Below are positions 62,385 to 64,000 of a stretch of DNA of 64,000 bases, one piece after another; positions within the stretch are counted from its first letter, which is position 1; each line of letters begins with the position of its first letter. The notes beneath the pieces were generated by a model, which was given only the letters and a program-made list of their open reading frames with translations, did no database searches and was not told where the DNA came from. Where the stretch lies: the NCBI RefSeq assembly GCF_006345805.1, contig NC_043005.1, forward strand, positions 1,054,001 through 1,118,000. The letters run 5' to 3'. This stretch comes from Octopus sinensis (Eukaryota). The translations under genes were made by a program, and so were the position numbers.

Positions 62385-63181
62385 TGCTGATACTCAGCAT
62401 CAGTTGTAGTGTGCAAGAGAGACGTTTGAGCTGGTATGGTCATGTGGCGAGAACGGATGAAGATAGTTGTGTGAAAAAGTGCCACACCCTAGCGGTTGAG
62501 TGTACCTGTGGAAGAGGTAGACCCAGGAAAACCTGGGACAAGGTGGTAAAGCATGACCTTTGAACTTTAGGTCTCACCGAGGAAATGACTAGAGACCGAG
62601 ACCTTTGGAAGTATGCTGTGCGTGGGAAGACCTGGCAGGACAAGTGAGACCATAACCCGTGGCCTCTACCTCGGATGTAGCCAGTTCACTTATGCATACC
62701 TTTCCTTCTTGGGACACAAAACTCTACTTGTGAAGACCTGTTGAGGCAAGTGAAAATCAAAATCGATCAACATCAATGGAAATTGTAGCTGTGATACCAG
62801 TGCTGGTGACATGTAAGAGAACCATCCGAACGTGGCCGTTGCCAGCACCGCCCCGACTGGCCTCCATGCCGGTGGCACATAAAAAGCACCATCCGATTGT
62901 GGCCCTTGCCAGCCTCGTCTGGCCTCCATGCCAGTGGCACGTAAAAAGCACCATCCAATTGTGGCCGTTTGCCAGCCTCCCCTGGCACCTGTGCCGGTGG
63001 CACGTAAAAAGCACCCACTACACTCACGGAGTGGTTGGCGTTAGGAAAGGCATCCAGCTGTAGAAACACTGCCAGATCAGACTGGGCCTGGTGCAGCCTT
63101 CTGGCCTCCCAGACCCCAGCTGAACCGTCCAACCCATGCTAGCATTGAAAGCGGACGTTAAACGATGATGATGATGATGAT
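62385..63181 (+). mobile_element. Young 5'-truncated RTE LINE
   Basis: VQERRLSWYGHVARTDEDSCVKKCHTL..GRGRPRKTWDKVVKHDL*, four UTR subrepeats and (ATG)n tail. Confidence 0.95.
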
Positions 63182-64000
63182 TGACTTAGATAAATATTTA
63201 ATTTCCAAGCCTTTCTTGGGCAGTGAATAACTCATAGTTTCTTCATCTTTAGCAAGTCAACCCAGAATGACAGAAAGAAAATATGAAGCGAAACCTAAAG
63301 GAATAAGTCTCTCTGCCAATGAACAGTGATTTCCCAGTTTCTATTGTTGTGCTTTTAGAGGTGGTGGTGGTGGTGGTGGTAGTACATGAACAGCTTCAAG
63401 CAGCCTAGCTAAAGCAGCCAGATTTATGGCCTGTTTGATAACATGCTCACACAAATGATAACATGTTGTATAGAGAACCACAAACATTATCCATGTCTAT
63501 GTAGTGTTTGAATCATGACAGTGTTTGGGGATCAGTATTTATGATCACATTAAAACATACATTCCTAAATCTTATTCCAATCTTTACTCTAACAACCTTT
63601 ATATTGCAAGACAATTCAAAATCTTAACAGTAATAACAACAACAGCAATATCAATTATGGCATTTTAATCTACTGTGGAATCAAATTGTAACTTTAATGA
63701 AATTCCAACTGTCTAAGAAGATAAAAACTTATAGTAATCTTTCAGCTCATCTCATAATGAAAACACAGGAAGGAAGAACCTTGGAAAAATTCATCCTAAA
63801 AGAGATGGGGGTCGGAAAAGATGGTGAAGAGCTTCTTGATTTTCGGTGCCATCCAAAGTACCAAACCAGCTACATTACAAATCCAACAGATTTCTCTGTA
63901 AGGTGGTGGTGATAAAATAAAAATCTTAATATAAATTAGGATATAGCTCTTTAACTGCATCAGTTAAAAAAAAAACAAACAAAAAAAAAACAAAGAAGAA

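Noticed and set aside
62780-63020. Repeat-spacer-like pattern reminiscent of a CRISPR array
   Set aside because: The 'spacers' are homologous to each other, the array lies in an RTE 3' UTR found many times in the window, there are no cas genes, and the DNA is eukaryotic.

Overview
AT-rich, repeat-dense eukaryotic genomic DNA. The repeat landscape (RTE LINE 3' ends with (ATG)n tails, tRNA-derived SINEs, very long TA/TACA microsatellites) looks like an octopus or other coleoid cephalopod genome; this is inferred, not verified. Only one convincing host exon is visible: 54460-54577 on the minus strand, 118 nt, ttccag|...ATG|gtaagt, product unidentified. Most of the window is therefore probably intron of a large minus-strand gene. 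The rest is transposon-derived: RTE LINE pieces in both orientations, CR1-like LINEs (one with ~577 uninterrupted RT-region codons), a decayed Tx1/L1, an R4/Dong-type 3' end, two dead mariners, TTAA-flanked MITEs, a foldback element with ~360-380-bp arms, two SINE groups (one in a head-to-tail array) and Penelope-like fragments. The most unusual signals are (i) hammerhead-ribozyme-like motifs in several unrelated repeat fragments, all with defects in these copies; (ii) a short repeat that appears to join a hammerhead-like head to a CR1-LINE 3' tail; and (iii) many inverted repeats that could form dsRNA in the host pre-mRNA. No prokaryotic features, CRISPR arrays, rRNA or intact tRNA genes were found. 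Element boundaries were read by eye and are approximate unless a TSD or splice site is quoted.
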